From an uncultured bacterium (GTDB lineage: Bacteria; Verrucomicrobiota; Verrucomicrobiia; Limisphaerales; UBA8199): a stretch of 64,000 nucleotides of DNA. Both the position numbers and the translations under genes were made by a program. The stretch is taken from assembly GCA_963749495.1 (NCBI GenBank), contig CAVVMW010000006.1, positions 640,001 through 704,000 on the forward strand, read 5' to 3'. The notes beneath the pieces were generated by a model. That model was not told the DNA's origin, did not search any database, and worked only from the letters and a program-made list of their open reading frames with translations. Shown here in pieces: positions 39,560-51,716 of the stretch (positions within the stretch are counted from its first letter, which is position 1; every line of letters begins with the position of its first letter).

Positions 39560-42254
39560 TCAGGCCGTGAGCCGGTTTGTGCTGCGAGCATAGTTCTGCC
39601 ATCTATTTGCCGGCCTTGATGATGCTGGAGTCCAGCGACGGGCCGAGAACGGGGAGGCGCTTCTTGAGCCGTTCCAAGAGGTAGATTTCCTGCCGGTGAT
39701 TCTGCAACTCGGGCGTGCGGACCAGCCGGGCAGCCTCCAGCGCCGCTCTCTGGATCCAGAATGGGTCGGCCCGCTCGCCCTGGAAGAGATTGGTGCCATA
39801 AAAGACTCCCAGGGTACTTGCTCAGGGCGGCCTCGAGGAGGGCCTTGCGCTCAGAGCCGGTCTTGAGCGGCTCGGCCATTTTTTCGAGGACGGCACCCTG
39901 GCCGACCTGGGCCATGCTGCGGGCGCTGGCGTCCGCATTAGTGGAGGTGATGACTTGCTGGTAGGCCGCCAAGGCATTGGTGAGGCCCTCCGGTTGATGG
40001 GTCAGCGCGGCCCACTGGAGCTGGCAATTCGCCTCCTGGCCGTAGGCCAGGAAGACCTGCCGGTTGGTCGGATAGTCCCGGCAGATGCTGCGGAAGACTT
40101 TAATGGCGATGGCATAGTCCTCGACCCGGTTGGTGGAGTCCTGGCTTATCAAGGTGTCGCCGTAGGCGAACATGGCCTGGAAGCGCAAATTGGCGGGGCA
40201 ATTGGTGTCGTTGATGAGGCCCAGGAAGTGGGTGATGGCATCAGGCCAGTTGGCCCGGGTGGCCAGGGCGGCGCGGCCGGCCATCATCCGCGCCTGGTAT
40301 TTGAGTTCCCAGGCCCACGGCGGGAGGTTGGTGTCGTCGAGGATCAGTTTGAAGTAGCGTTCGGCGTCCAGCCAGGTGGGGTCCTTGAAGTAATAGCTGC
40401 CGAGCCACCAGAGGGCCAGGGGTGTGAATTCATTGGTGGGGAAGTGGGCCACGAAGTTGGTGAAGAGTGTGAGGGCATTGGTTTGGTCGCCGGCCAGCGA
40501 GCAATCCAGGGCCAGGCAGGTACCTGGGCCTGGGGCAGCGCGTCACACTTTGGGAAATGCTCCACGAGGTCGGTCAATACCTGGATGGCTTCGGGCAGCT
40601 TGTTCTCCAGTTCGAAGCTGCGCGCGATGGCCAGGCGCAGCCGGGGCAGGAGAGGCCCGGCGGGCACCCGTTGCGCGGCGGCGGCCAGGATTTGCTGCGC
40701 GCGGGCCGGATCGCCGCTGCGGCTCATCGCCTGGCCGGCGAACAGACTGGCCCGTTCGGCGTGGAAGCCGTCCGGGAACCAGGCCAGGATCTTTGCAAGC
40801 GCGTTGGTGGCGGTGGCTAGGTCCCCTGCCTCCAACGCGGCCCTGACCGCCTGGTAAAGGGCCGGCTCAAAGAGGTTGGTCCTGACCTCCGGCAGGCCGC
40901 CGTAGCGCTCGACGATGGCGGTGTAGTTGGAGATTGCACCGGGGAAATTCGTCTGTTCGAACTGCGCGTCGGCCAGTTTGAACCGGGCGGTGGCCTGGTC
41001 GAGGCCATTGGTCAGGTGCTCGAGGGCGTTGGTGCATGCCGCCTGGCATCCCGCCCAGTCTTGTTGCTGCCACAGGCACCAGGCCAGGTCCAGTTGCCCC
41101 CGGCCGGCCAGGGGGCTTTGCGGGAACCATTTTTCCAGGTCGCGAAGGGCCTGCACGGCGCGCTGGAGGTTGGTGCTGGCGGGCAGGGTGTTGGCGGGCA
41201 GGACGGCAGCGAGATTGGTTAGGCGCAGTTCCCCCACCAGGAGCAAGGCGAAGTCGGCGGGCGGCGTGTTGGTGACGCGGTCCGAGAACTCCTCCAGCCG
41301 CTGCACGGCTTCGGCAATCCGGTTGCTGGCCACCAACAGCCCGGTGATTTTGTCCAGGGCCTCGAGCTGGCGCTCGGGGGGCGCGCCCGCCGCCAGGTTA
41401 TTGGTATAGGCGCCGATGGCTTCGTCGGGCCGGCCGAGTTGCTCGAGCAGGCGCGCGTGGAAAACGAAGCTCTCGGCCAGGAGCCGTTGGTCAGTCGTGG
41501 CCGCCGCCGCCGCGAGGAGGTTGGTGGTGTATTGGAGTGCGTCCTGGGGGCGTGCCTGAGCCAGCCGGATGCGGCGGAGCAGGTCCTGCCATTGCCAGTC
41601 CAACCTGGGGTTGCGCTGGACCTTGCCCCAGGGCTGGAGCACCGAATCAGCCGAGGCATAATCCTGCCGGGTGAAGAATGCCTCGGCCAGGCGCAGGTAG
41701 CCGCTCTGGACCTGGTTGGTGGCGGAGTTGGTGCGTGCCATGCTCTGGAAGACGCCCTCGGGTTTCTGGAGCAACTCGATGACGCGCGGCCACTGCCCGC
41801 GTTTGGCCCACGCCGTGGCTTCGCCAACGCTCGCCTCCAGGCAGCGGGTCGAGTTGGGGAACCGGCTGACGAGATTCGAGAAGGCGGAGCCGGCCGCCGG
41901 GTAGTCCCCCTTTTGCAGGCAGGCCTGGCCCAGCGAGAACAGGTATTGGTCGCCCCATTCGCCCGCCTGGCCCTGGTGGGCGAGCAGCAGGTTGATAGCG
42001 CCGGCGTAATTGGTCATCTCGTACCTGGCCTGGGCCTGGTAAAGGTAGGCCTGCGCCAGGCGCGTCGAATTGGTGAACTTGAGGGCGAACTCGGCGAAAC
42101 CGGCTTCGGCCAGTTGCCAAAAGCCGTCGTGAAGCTGGTTGCAGGCCGGATTGAAGGCGGCGGCTTCCCCCGGGACCTCTGCGCCAGGCAGCAGTCCGGG
42201 GGCGAAAACCAGGACCAGGCTCAAGCTCAAAGCGCACCGGCGCAACACGACCAT
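39560..42254 (-). CDS. Secreted TPR-repeat protein, frameshifts near 40520 and 39810
   Basis: Signal peptide; repeated helix-turn F/YP.S units across ORFs 40344-42254, the 5' part of 38245-40452 and the tail. Confidence 0.8.
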
Positions 42255-42320
42255 AACAAGATCATTCTAGACTGGCGGGGGCAGGTACGAAAAGCTCGAA
42301 ATGCCAGGGGAGAGCAGAGG

Positions 42321-42394
42321 GGGCAGAATCATTGTTGGCAAAATCATTTAGAGGCAGGTTGTTTCTTAATGATTTTGCCAACAATGATTCTGCC
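42321..42394. repeat. Inverted 15-mer pair (ggcaraatcat / atgattytgcc)
   Basis: ggcagaatcattgttggcaaaatcatt ... aatgattttgccaacaatgattctgcc. Confidence 0.8.
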
Positions 42395-42406
42395 TGGACG
42401 CGGGGG

Positions 42407-43090
42407 TCAACGCTTCCTGTTGTAGCCTGGCTGCGAGTATTTGGCGGCGGCCAGGGCGAGGGCGCGCTCCTGAAGCGGTGGGTCGGGGGAGAAATCGAGC
42501 CATTGGACAGGCGGCTCGAAGGGGGCGGCCGCGCGCATGGCCAGGTGCCAATCGGCCCGAGCCAGGCCCAGCGGTGGCGGTTGGACCGAGCCCTGGATGA
42601 GCAGGCCCTGCCGGGTGCGGCGCTGGGCGGCGCCGGCGATCTTGGCTCCGCCCCAGAGCAGGTCTGAGGCCTCGTAGCCGGCGAAGCACTGGCCGGCGGC
42701 GGACTTGCGGGCGCAGGGGGCCAATTCGACGCTCAGGCCGAGCCGTGAGAAGGCGGCCTGCATCCAGGCATGGAGCGCGCGGTAGCTCTGTGTTGCGCGC
42801 AGGGCGTGCCAGGGATTGCCCGCAGGGAATACCAGGCTGTAAGTCCAATCGGCATCATGGGGGACGATTCCACCGCCCGTGGGCCGCCGCACCAGCGGGC
42901 GCAGCCGGGTCAGACGCCCGACCTCCTCGTGCCGCTGGAAATATCCGAAGGAGGCCGCCGGCTCGGACCAACTGTAAAAGCGCAAGACTGGCCGGCCCAG
43001 GCGCGGGCCCGCCTCCAGCAGTGCCTCATCCAGGGCCATGTTGAAGGCGGCCTCGCCCGGGCCCGACTCGATGAGGTAGGCCGTGGTCAT
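42407..43090 (-). CDS. Lipoate-protein ligase A family protein
   Basis: NMALDEALL, LRFYSW, VRRPTGGG, KIAGAAQRR. Confidence 0.9.
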   Translation of the reverse strand: MTTAYLIESGPGEAAFNMALDEALLEAGPRLGRPVLRFYSWSEPAASFGYFQRHEEVGRLTRLRPLVRRPTGGGIVPHDADWTYSLVFPAGNPWHALRATQSYRALHAWMQAAFSRLGLSVELAPCARKSAAGQCFAGYEASDLLWGGAKIAGAAQRRTRQGLLIQGSVQPPPLGLARADWHLAMRAAAPFEPPVQWLDFSPDPPLQERALALAAAKYSQPGYNRKR

Positions 43091-43210
43091 CTGGCTTTCA
43101 CCCCCATCCGCGGGCAGAGGCATTTGTTCGACGGGTCGGACGGGTCGGACGGGTCGGACTCACGCCCGCTCCAGTGCAGCGGGATCTTTTCACGTTTCAC
43201 GTTTCACGTT

Positions 43211-43876
43211 TCACGTTTCACGTTTCTTCACCCCCACCCGCGGGCAGAGGGACTCCAATTCGCAATGGGGGCAATCGGGTTTGCGGGCATTGCAGCGGTT
43301 GCGGCCGTGGAAAATGAGCCAGTGACTGAAGAGGGTCCACTGGTCCGGCGGGAGCAGTTCCATCAGGTCCTGTTCGATGCGGGCAGGGTCTTGAGCCGTT
43401 GTCAGGCCCAGGCGCTGCGAGAGCCGGGCCACGTGCGTGTCCACCACGACACCGCAAGCGATGTTGAAGGCATTGCCGAGCACGACGTTGGCGGTCTTGC
43501 GGCCGACCCCGCTCAGGGCGGTCAACTCTTCCATCGAACGAGGGACCTGGCCGCCATGGCGCTCGACCAGGGCGCGGCAGCAGGCCCGGATGTTCCTGGC
43601 CTTGTTGCGGAAGAACCCGGTGCTCTTGATGGCCTCCTCCAGTTCGGCCGCGGGGGCCTGGGCAAAGTCGGCGGCAGAGCGGTATTTCTGGAACAGATCT
43701 TTGGCGACGAGATTGACGCGCTTATCGGTACACTGGGCGGAGAGGATCGTGGCGATGAGCAGTTGAAGGGGATCGGAGTGCTCCAGGGCGCACCGGGCAT
43801 CCGGGTAGGCCTCGGCAAGGAGGGCCACGATCTTTCTAAGCCGGCCGGTCTTTGCGGTTTTGGATTCGCGGGGCAT
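43211..43876 (-). CDS. nth: Endonuclease III
   Basis: LSAQCTDKRVN, GVGRKTANVVL, VDTHV, and C-x6-C-x2-C-x5-C. Confidence 0.97.
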   Translation of the reverse strand: MPRESKTAKTGRLRKIVALLAEAYPDARCALEHSDPLQLLIATILSAQCTDKRVNLVAKDLFQKYRSAADFAQAPAAELEEAIKSTGFFRNKARNIRACCRALVERHGGQVPRSMEELTALSGVGRKTANVVLGNAFNIACGVVVDTHVARLSQRLGLTTAQDPARIEQDLMELLPPDQWTLFSHWLIFHGRNRCNARKPDCPHCELESLCPRVGVKKRET

Positions 43877-43928
43877 GGAGGGCAAAGGCTGAAGGCTAAA
43901 GGCTGAAGGCTGAAGTGATTGCGGGGGC

Positions 43929-46158
43929 CTATTTCTTTTCGACGGCTGGCGGGGCGTTGGTGGCTGGAGGGGCGGGTCGGGCGGGCGCGATGTAGGACGG
44001 GGCGTTGGGGCCCAGGACAGTGGTGCTCTTGGCGAAGCCGGGGAGGGAGCGATCCAGCCAGCCGTGCCACCAGGAAATGGCCAGCAGCAGGGTGGCAGCC
44101 AGGGCCAGGTAAGATTTCCAGGGGTGGTGTTTGTCGGCGAACAGGTCGGTGAGGTCGCGTTGGGCGCCTGCAGGAAGGCAGGCGACGCGGGTCAGAGAGG
44201 CGCCGAAGGGCACATTGATCCTGGCCTTGGCATTGACGGCCCAACCGTTGGCATCGAGGATGGGGCCGAGGTTGCGCCGGTGCAGCTTGAGCCAGGCCAC
44301 AAGCATCGACGGGCCGGAGATAATGAGCATGATGCCAACCACTCCCAGGGGCATCAGCCATTTCAGGCTCAAGAAACCCATTAGGATGCTGCCGATCATG
44401 CCGCCCACGCCGGCGGCGCCCACGCTCAAGGCGGCGATGAGACCAGGGTCGATCTTCGTGGGCGCCCCAGGCGTCGGACCCTGGGCCGGCGCGGTCTGGG
44501 TTTTGGCGGCGGCTTGGCTCAGCCGGGTGAGGGTCTCCTCATCGGTTTCGGCGGCGTGCTTGGCTATCTGCTCCTGGATCGCGCGGGCGGCCTTCTTGTA
44601 TGGGGCCCAGAAGGCCTGGCGGATGCTGATCGGGTTGTCCACGATCCGGGTGATCGTGGCGTCCCAATCCCGGCCCTGGCGGTCGTAGAACACGCCGTTG
44701 CGGCCAACCATCAAGTTGTCCGAGTCCCCGTCGGTGAAGGCGGCGACGATCTGCCTGGCTTCGCCGGTGCTCTTGCGGAGGCAGTCGCAATAGGCCAGGT
44801 AAGTCCCGGAGAGGCCGGCCATGGCGGCGTGTTTGGCCCCATCGGCCACGGTGATGCACAAATCGCAGCTCCGCTGGTCCAGGTAGAGCGTGCCCGCCTG
44901 GAAGATCGCCTTACCCTGGCGTTCATAGAAGTCGCGGAAGCAGACGAAGTTGTTGACCAGTTTGTAAAGGTCCCTGTAATAGCGGGTCAGACGTTCCACG
45001 GCGGCGATGGCATTGACCTCGGGCTCCAGGGCCTTGTCTTTGGCGATGAGGGCGGTGATGGTTTGCCTGCTCGTTCCGGCGAGGACCTCGCGCACGCGCG
45101 GCAAGCCGAACTTCTCGACGCTCACGGCGGGCTTGGACTGGGTCCAGGCCTCATAGGCCGCGAATTTTCGGGTGATGGCCGCCCAATCCGATTCGTCCAA
45201 GGCGGCCTTGCCGTCGAACATGGGGTTGACCACTTTGGCGACAAAGCCGGCCATGGGGCCCGTCCAGGCCGGGTTGAGGCCCTCGGTGAGTGAGAGCGGT
45301 TTGCCAGGCGCCACCTGGGCCAGGGGGAACCCGGCGGTGTCGGCGCAACTCAGGGACAGGTCCTTCGCGGCCAAGGCATGGTAGGCCTCTTCCTCGGGGT
45401 TCAATACGTTGACGGCGCGCGGATCGAAGGCAGCCAGCCGGCAGCGGACAAAGTAATCGTCCACCTTGGGTTGAATCGCCTTGAACGCGGCGGCCGCATC
45501 GGTCGAGTTGCCCAGCGGCAAAATCGTGCTGTCGGCCTCAGCCTGCCTCCACCAATCCGAATAGGCCTGCGCTTGGGCAAAGAACAGGTCGAGCTTGTCC
45601 TGGCTGACGCCGGGCTTGCCGCTGCGATCCGTCTCGGCGCCCAGGCACGTGATGATCTCCGCAAGCACCGTCCGCGTGGCCTCGTCCTGCCCCGAGTCAA
45701 CCGGCACGATGCCGTCCCCGTTGAAGTCGGTCTGGGCGAAGATGCTTTCGGTATCGAGCGTGTCCTCGATGGTGATGGCCGTGGCGTCGGGTTTGCGGAG
45801 GTTGCGGAGGATCTGGCGGGCGGAGGCCAGGAGTTGCCGGCCTTCGGGGGTGGCGTCGTTGATGGCGCTGAGCGGCAACTGGGCCGAGCCCCTGGAGCAG
45901 GTCATCGGGATTCTTGAGGCAGTTGCCCGCCCATTTGCAGGCCGCGATGACCTCGGGGGCGCGGATGCGCCCGTCATGGTCTGTGTCCACCATCGCGAGG
46001 GTCTTGGAATCGAATTCCAAGCCCGTGGTGGGGCACGCCAGGGCCACCCAGAGCTTCTGGTCCAACTGGTCCAGGGCCAGCAGGTCGGCCCCGGTTTCGA
46101 GCCGGACCTGGTCAAAGCCGCCGGCGCGAAAGAATTTCCAAGCGTGGCTTGAGTCCAT
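43929..46158 (-). CDS. EF-hand-containing conserved membrane protein, frameshift near 45895
   Basis: WKFFRAGGFDQV, DTDHDGRIR, DFNGDGIVP; C-terminal TM segments. Confidence 0.75.
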
Positions 46159-46184
46159 CGATCCAGTCGGACGGGTTGTGAGAA

Positions 46185-46544
46185 TCAGTTTTCCGTGGCA
46201 AGCAGGACGCCCTCCTTGAGCACGGTTTGAAAGAAATGATCGCCAGAGGCCTTCTTTTCGTCCAGGCGGGAGGGGCAGATCGGGACCAGCGTCAATGAAG
46301 GACGCGGCCAGATCCCCCATATCTCGTGACGGAAATCCCTGGCGGCCTCCAATTGACGCTCCGCGCCGTCGGCCACAATGCACAAATCCAAGTCGCTGTC
46401 GGGCCGCGCCTGCCCGCGAGCGTAGGAGCCGAACAAATAAACCGCACGGACGTGCCGCGCGCGGTTGAAGGCCTCCAGGCATTTGGCGAGGGTTTCTCGC
46501 TGTGACCGCAGGGCAGGTGGTAAATTGTCCAGCAGCAGTCTCAT
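46185..46544 (-). CDS. Minimal nucleotidyltransferase (MNT) antitoxin-like protein
   Basis: LFGSYARGQARPDSDLDL, EGVLL. Confidence 0.9.
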   Translation of the reverse strand: MRLLLDNLPPALRSQRETLAKCLEAFNRARHVRAVYLFGSYARGQARPDSDLDLCIVADGAERQLEAARDFRHEIWGIWPRPSLTLVPICPSRLDEKKASGDHFFQTVLKEGVLLATEN

Positions 46545-46641
46545 TACCCAAAGTCTAACATCGGACCGCGGCGCCAGACAAGGCGTTTCGTGTTGCGCTA
46601 CGGCTACGAGCCTGTTCCAGATACGAATGGCCCAACCCCGG

Positions 46642-47883
46642 TTACACGCATTCCGGCTCCTCGATCTCGCGCGGGGCGGGGGCCAGGGGCGTGCCGTCTT
46701 GGGCTTCCGGGTACTCGAAGACGCGCCCCTCGTAGTTGCGCACGAGGACGCGCTCGGAATTGCGGCTCAGGATGTAGTCGGGGTTGACGGGGACCTTGCC
46801 GCCGCCGCCGGGGGCATCAATGACGTATTGCGGGATGGCGTAGCCGGTGGTGTGGCCGCGCAGGCTCTCCATGATCTGGAGGCCCTGGCGAACGCTGGCG
46901 CGCAGATGGGCCGAGCCCGCGATGAGGTCGCACTGGTAGAGATAGTAGGGTTTGACGCGGCACATGAGGAGCTTCTGGACATGGACCTTCATGACCGCCG
47001 GGTCGTCGTTGACCTTGCGCAGGAGGACCGATTGATTTCCCAGGGGGATGCCGGCGTCGGCCAGGCGGCCCAGGGCGTCGCGCGCCTCGGTGGTCAACTC
47101 GCGGGGATGGTTGGAATGGATGCTCACGAAGAGCGGGTGATAGCGGGCCAGCACGGCGCAGAGCCGCGGGGTGATGCGCTGGGGCAGGAAGATGGGGATG
47201 CGAGTGCCGATGCGGAGGAACTCGACGTGCGGGATGGACCGCAACTGGCCCAGCAAATAGTCCAGCTTCTCGTCGCTCAAGAGCAGCGGGTCGCCCCCGC
47301 TGAGCAGGACATCCCGGATGCCGGTTTGGCGGCGGATATAATCCATCTGGCGCTCGAACTGGGGATGAAAGTCGTAGCCGGAGGCATTGCTGACCAGGCG
47401 CGAGCGCGTGCAATAGCGGCAATAGGCCGCGCACCGGTCGGTCACCAGGAACAGCACACGGTCCGGATAGCGGTGGACCAGTCCGGGCACGGGCGAATGC
47501 GCGTCCTCCCCGCAGGGGTCGCTCATCTCCCATGGGGCGGTGTGGGTCTCCTCAACGCGCGGGATCACTTGCCGGCGGATGGGGCACTCCTCGTCCGCCG
47601 GGTCGATCAGATTGAAGAAATACGGTGTCAGGGCCAGCGCCAGCTTCTGATTGGCCAGGGTGGCCCCGGCGATCTCCTCCGGCACCAGCGTCGGCATCAG
47701 GCGCTGCAGTTGCTCCAGCGTGGTAATGCGGTGCTGGAGTTGCCAGTGCCAATCTCCCCAGTCGGAATCGGCAACCTGGCTCCAATACCCTCGGCCTGCT
47801 GAGTGGAATTCCTTGAGAAAAGGCAGAGGGCGTCGCGATGGTGGCTCGTCGCTGCTCCCGGATGTCGTGGTGCTAGTCTGCAT
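46642..47883 (-). CDS. KamA-family radical SAM protein (lysine 2,3-aminomutase-like)
   Basis: HRYPDRVL, CAAYCRYCTR, SGGDPL, DAPGGGGK. Confidence 0.93.
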   Translation of the reverse strand: MQTSTTTSGSSDEPPSRRPLPFLKEFHSAGRGYWSQVADSDWGDWHWQLQHRITTLEQLQRLMPTLVPEEIAGATLANQKLALALTPYFFNLIDPADEECPIRRQVIPRVEETHTAPWEMSDPCGEDAHSPVPGLVHRYPDRVLFLVTDRCAAYCRYCTRSRLVSNASGYDFHPQFERQMDYIRRQTGIRDVLLSGGDPLLLSDEKLDYLLGQLRSIPHVEFLRIGTRIPIFLPQRITPRLCAVLARYHPLFVSIHSNHPRELTTEARDALGRLADAGIPLGNQSVLLRKVNDDPAVMKVHVQKLLMCRVKPYYLYQCDLIAGSAHLRASVRQGLQIMESLRGHTTGYAIPQYVIDAPGGGGKVPVNPDYILSRNSERVLVRNYEGRVFEYPEAQDGTPLAPAPREIEEPECV

Positions 47884-47959
47884 GTGTTCCCTACGTTTTT
47901 GACTATAGATGTGATCCGCACGGTGTCAAGCGGGGGAAAAAACAAGGTGGGACGCTCAC

Positions 47960-48640
47960 CCCGTAGCGGTGCCCGATGGTAGCCGTGGACTTCCAGTCCA
48001 CGGACCCATGGCCCAAGCTCAACCGCGTCGCGTAGCGACGCCTGAAAACCCCGAAGTCGTCAGGCGTCGCTACGCGACGCGCGGCCATTCCCCCGCCCCA
48101 AACCGTGGACCGAGGTCCACGGCTACCTTCACTGCGTCGCTCCGCGACGCTCGCGCTGCCCCCGGCTCACCGCGTAGCGGTGCCCGAAGGTAGCCGTGGA
48201 CTTCCAGTCCACGGACCCATGGCCCAAGCTCGACCGCGTCGCGTAGCGACGCCCGAAAACCGCGAAGCCGTCAGGCGTCGCTGCGCGACGCGCGGCCATT
48301 CCCACACGCCGAACCGTGGACCGAGGTCCACGGCTGCCTTCACCGCGTCGCTCCGCGACGCCCGCGCTGCCCCCGGCTCACCGCGTAGCGGTGACCGAAG
48401 GTAGCCGTGGACTTCCAGTCCACGGACCCATGGCCCAAGCTCAACCGCGTCGCGTAGCGACGCCCGAAAACCGCGAAGCCGTCAGGCGTCGCTACGCAAC
48501 GCGCGGCCATTCCCCCGCCCCAAACCGTGGACCGAGGTCCACGGCTACCTTCACTGCGTCGCTGCGCAACGCGCGGCCATTCCCACACGCCGAACCGTGG
48601 ACCGAGGTCCACGGCTGCCTTCACCGCGTCGCTCCGCAAC
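47960..48640. repeat. Tandem array of ~211-bp multi-palindromic REP/BIME-like units (3 plus a partial)
   Basis: ggtagccgtggacttccagtccacgg at ~47977, ~48189 and ~48400. Confidence 0.95.
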
Positions 48641-48679
48641 GCACACATTGCCCCGGGGATTCCGCGGCGGTGGCGCGAA

Positions 48680-49378
48680 TCACTTGCTGGCGGCGCGAGG
48701 GGCAGGTTTCCACTGCCTCAGTTTCCAGTCTATGGTGACTTTGACGAAATCGCCGCTCTTGAGGCCGATGCCCAGGATGGTCTTTTCCACAGGGCCGACC
48801 TTGAAATCGGACATTTTCAGCGGCACGGTGCCGGTGATCTGGAGTTCCTTCCCCTCCTTGCCTTGGAGCGGCAGGATGTTGACGGGCATGGAGATGGGCT
48901 TGGTCACGCCGCCCACGGTCAGATCGCCCTTCACATCGAAAAGGTAAGGCGCGTCCTTGGCCTTGGCCGCTTCCTTGAGCACAAGCTCACTCAGGCGAAA
49001 GGTGATGTAGTCGAACTTGTCGGCCTTGAGGTGGTCGTACATGACGCCGTCCATCGCGTCGCTGTAGCTCCTGCCGTCGGCTTCTTTGCTCTTGAGCGAG
49101 CGGACACTGACATAGACGTTGGTGGCCTGGGCCTGGACCTTGCCGGGCGTGACGGCCTGGCCGGGCTCGATGGGGAAACCGGGCCGAACCTCGAGATGGC
49201 CCGCGATGGTGGTGCCCTGGACAAACCAGACGGTATGAATGGCGTTGGCGGTGCCTTCAATGCGCACCTTGCTGCCGGGTTTTGCAGTGTAGGTGAGCGT
49301 CTCGTCGGCCGCCTGGACGGCGACGGCTGCGGCCATGAACAGCGCGAGCTGGGCTGCGATGAGTGTTGGTTTTTTCAT
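48680..49378 (-). CDS. YceI-family protein
   Basis: Signal peptide; GSKVRIEGT, GDLTVGGVTK, LKMSDF. Confidence 0.85.
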   Translation of the reverse strand: MKKPTLIAAQLALFMAAAVAVQAADETLTYTAKPGSKVRIEGTANAIHTVWFVQGTTIAGHLEVRPGFPIEPGQAVTPGKVQAQATNVYVSVRSLKSKEADGRSYSDAMDGVMYDHLKADKFDYITFRLSELVLKEAAKAKDAPYLFDVKGDLTVGGVTKPISMPVNILPLQGKEGKELQITGTVPLKMSDFKVGPVEKTILGIGLKSGDFVKVTIDWKLRQWKPAPRAASK

Positions 49379-49429
49379 GTGTAGTCGTGTTTCCAGAGTA
49401 TTTGATTCTGTAGGATAATGACGTTGGAA

Positions 49430-50799
49430 TTATGAACCTAATTCATACAAGTCGGGCGGGATGTCGACGCGCCGTGCGCCGAGGATGGCCTCGTTGGCCT
49501 TGATGGCGGTGACGGCCGCCTGGTAGCCCTCGGTATAGCCGGCTGCGGGCCGGTGACGGACCTCTTTGGCGAGGTTCTCGTGGAGGCCCTCGACATCGTC
49601 TTTGCCGTAAGCCTCGATGTAGTCCTTAGTGGTCTGGATGAAGTCAATGGCGTTGAGGGCAAAGGTCTGGAGGGCCGCATAGAGGGGCGTAGTGGCAATC
49701 AGGGGCGGGGCCTGGGCGCCCGCGGGTTTGGGTTTGCTGGCATCGACCGCCAGGGCGATGCCGGTGTCCTTGTAGAACTGGTCCTTGGCGGCATAGACCT
49801 CCCAGCCGAAGAGGGGGGAATCCACTTCCTTGAACATCCAGGCCTTGCCGTCGCGGAACAGGACGGCGGCGCTGGTGCCGTAGAGCACTTCGTAAGCCCC
49901 CTCGAAGGAGTTGCCCAGCGTGGCGTCGTAGTTGAGGCAGACCCCGCCCGGAAACTCGAACGTGGCCTGGATCGTGTCCAACACGTCCCGGTTGTCTTCG
50001 GTCCAGACCTTGAGCGAGCCGAGCCCCAGACCGATTTGGGTCTGGCGTTCAGGTGCAGAGCCACCTCATCGACGGCGTGGCAGCCGACCTCGCCGACCAG
50101 GCCCAGGGAGGTCGCCTTGTTCAGCCGCCAGTTCATCTCTTTTTCGCGCTCTGGATTCGAGGACTGGGTGTACCAGCTTGTCTTTTTGTGCCACTGGGCG
50201 CGGGCCAGGATATTCTGGCCGATATTGCCGGCGTGGGTGAATTTTTGAATGAAGAGTTGCAACGGGTCGGAGCGGGCCTGCAGGCCGGCCTGGAAAACGT
50301 ATTGCTTGGCGGCCCGGGCGGCCAGGGCAATGGCGCGGGCGTCCTCGATGGTGTTGGCCAGGGGCGCCTCGCAATAGACATGCTTGCCGGCCTTGAGGGC
50401 CTCGATTGCGATGTCCTTGTGTTTGTGCGTCGGGGTGGCGACGATGACGGCGGGGATGTCCGGGTTCGCGAGAATGGTCTTGTAATCGGCGGTCGTGGCC
50501 GCCTTGGGGAACTCCTTGGCGCAGCGCCGGACCGAGGCCGGGTAGGTGTCGCAGATAGCGGCCACCTCGGCCTGCGGCAGGCAAGCCAGGGCGCTGAGAA
50601 TCTCCCGCCCCCAAACGCCCAGGCCGATGACGGCGAACTTGAGGGTGGGCCCGGTGACGGCTGGTTGGGCAGCCTGCTCTCCCTCCGCCTGGGCAGACAG
50701 CTCGACCCCGCCCAGCAGGGTCATCAGCGTGGCGAGCGACCCGCCCCTGAGAAAATCCCGCCGGTTAAAATCCGCCGGTTTCATTTCGTTCTCGTTCAT
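49430..50799 (-). CDS. Gfo/Idh/MocA oxidoreductase with Tat signal, frameshift near 50010
   Basis: NRRDFL, IGLGVWG, ATPTHKH, GKHVYCEAP. Confidence 0.9.
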
Positions 50800-50809
50800 A
50801 ATTCCCAGA

Positions 50810-51716
50810 TCACTCGACCGCCGCCTTCTGGGGGCGGGCGTCCATTTTCTCCAGGCCCACGGCCCACTTGATCCCGTTCAGGATGAGCTTCTGGTAGGCC
50901 TCGGCGACTTCCTTGGGGTTCCTGCGGTCGGGCCAGGTCGGGTCCCAGACATCTTCACGATGGCCCAGCGAGGTGTAGAAGACGCGGCCCTTGCCGTATT
51001 CCTTGCACCAGGAGACCGGGTAATAGCCGGGGCTCTTGTTGTTGGGGTGCTTGTCGAGCGAGAGGAGGTCGTGGTAGGTGGAGCGATCGTAGTTCTTGAA
51101 CTGATAAGATCTCGTCGAAGACCTTCCAATCGGCCGGGAGGTGGCCGCAGATGGGGCATCCCTGGTCCCTGTTGAGGGCATCCACGGAGACCTGGGCCTC
51201 ATGCGTCTTGAATTCGGCGCCAATCATATCGATGTACCCGGGGAAACCGTGGAACGTGTCGGTGGCCGAGTGCATGCCCACAAAGCCTTTGCCGGACTTG
51301 ACCCAATCCAGGAAGGCCTGTTTGTCGGGCAGGGGCAGGTTGCCGGTGGTGTTGGCAAAGATGACGGCGTCGTAGTTCTTGAGCGCCTCGGGGCTCATCT
51401 TCTCGGCCAGGACGTCCTCGATGGCCTTGTTCACCTTGGCGGTGTCGGGCCGGCCGTTCTCGCCTTTGAATTGCGGGTCCTTGGGCTCGACCCGGGCATA
51501 CTCCACAGTGAAGGTGCCGGTATCGGCGCCCAACTGGGCAATGACCTTTTCGGCGGTTGGGATTGAATCGTGCCGGAAACCTTTGGTCACCGTCACGACC
51601 AGGACCCGTTTGGGGGCGGTCTGGGCCGCCGCGGCCAGCCCGAGGGCGCACAGCGCCCCTGCGAGCATTACTTTGCCGGAGAGAACAGTATTCATAGTTT
51701 TCATACTCTTTACCAA
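50810..51716 (-). CDS. ThuA-domain protein, frameshift near 51105
   Basis: GFRHDSIP, GFVGMHSATD, GKGRVFYTSLGH. Confidence 0.9.

Noticed and set aside
38245..40452. TPR-flippase fusion (735-aa ORF)
   Set aside because: Produced by the frameshift near 39810; the flippase has its own ATG at 39555.
47960..48640. CRISPR array
   Set aside because: The sequences between repeats are themselves repeated rather than unique, the period is ~211 bp, and no cas genes are present.
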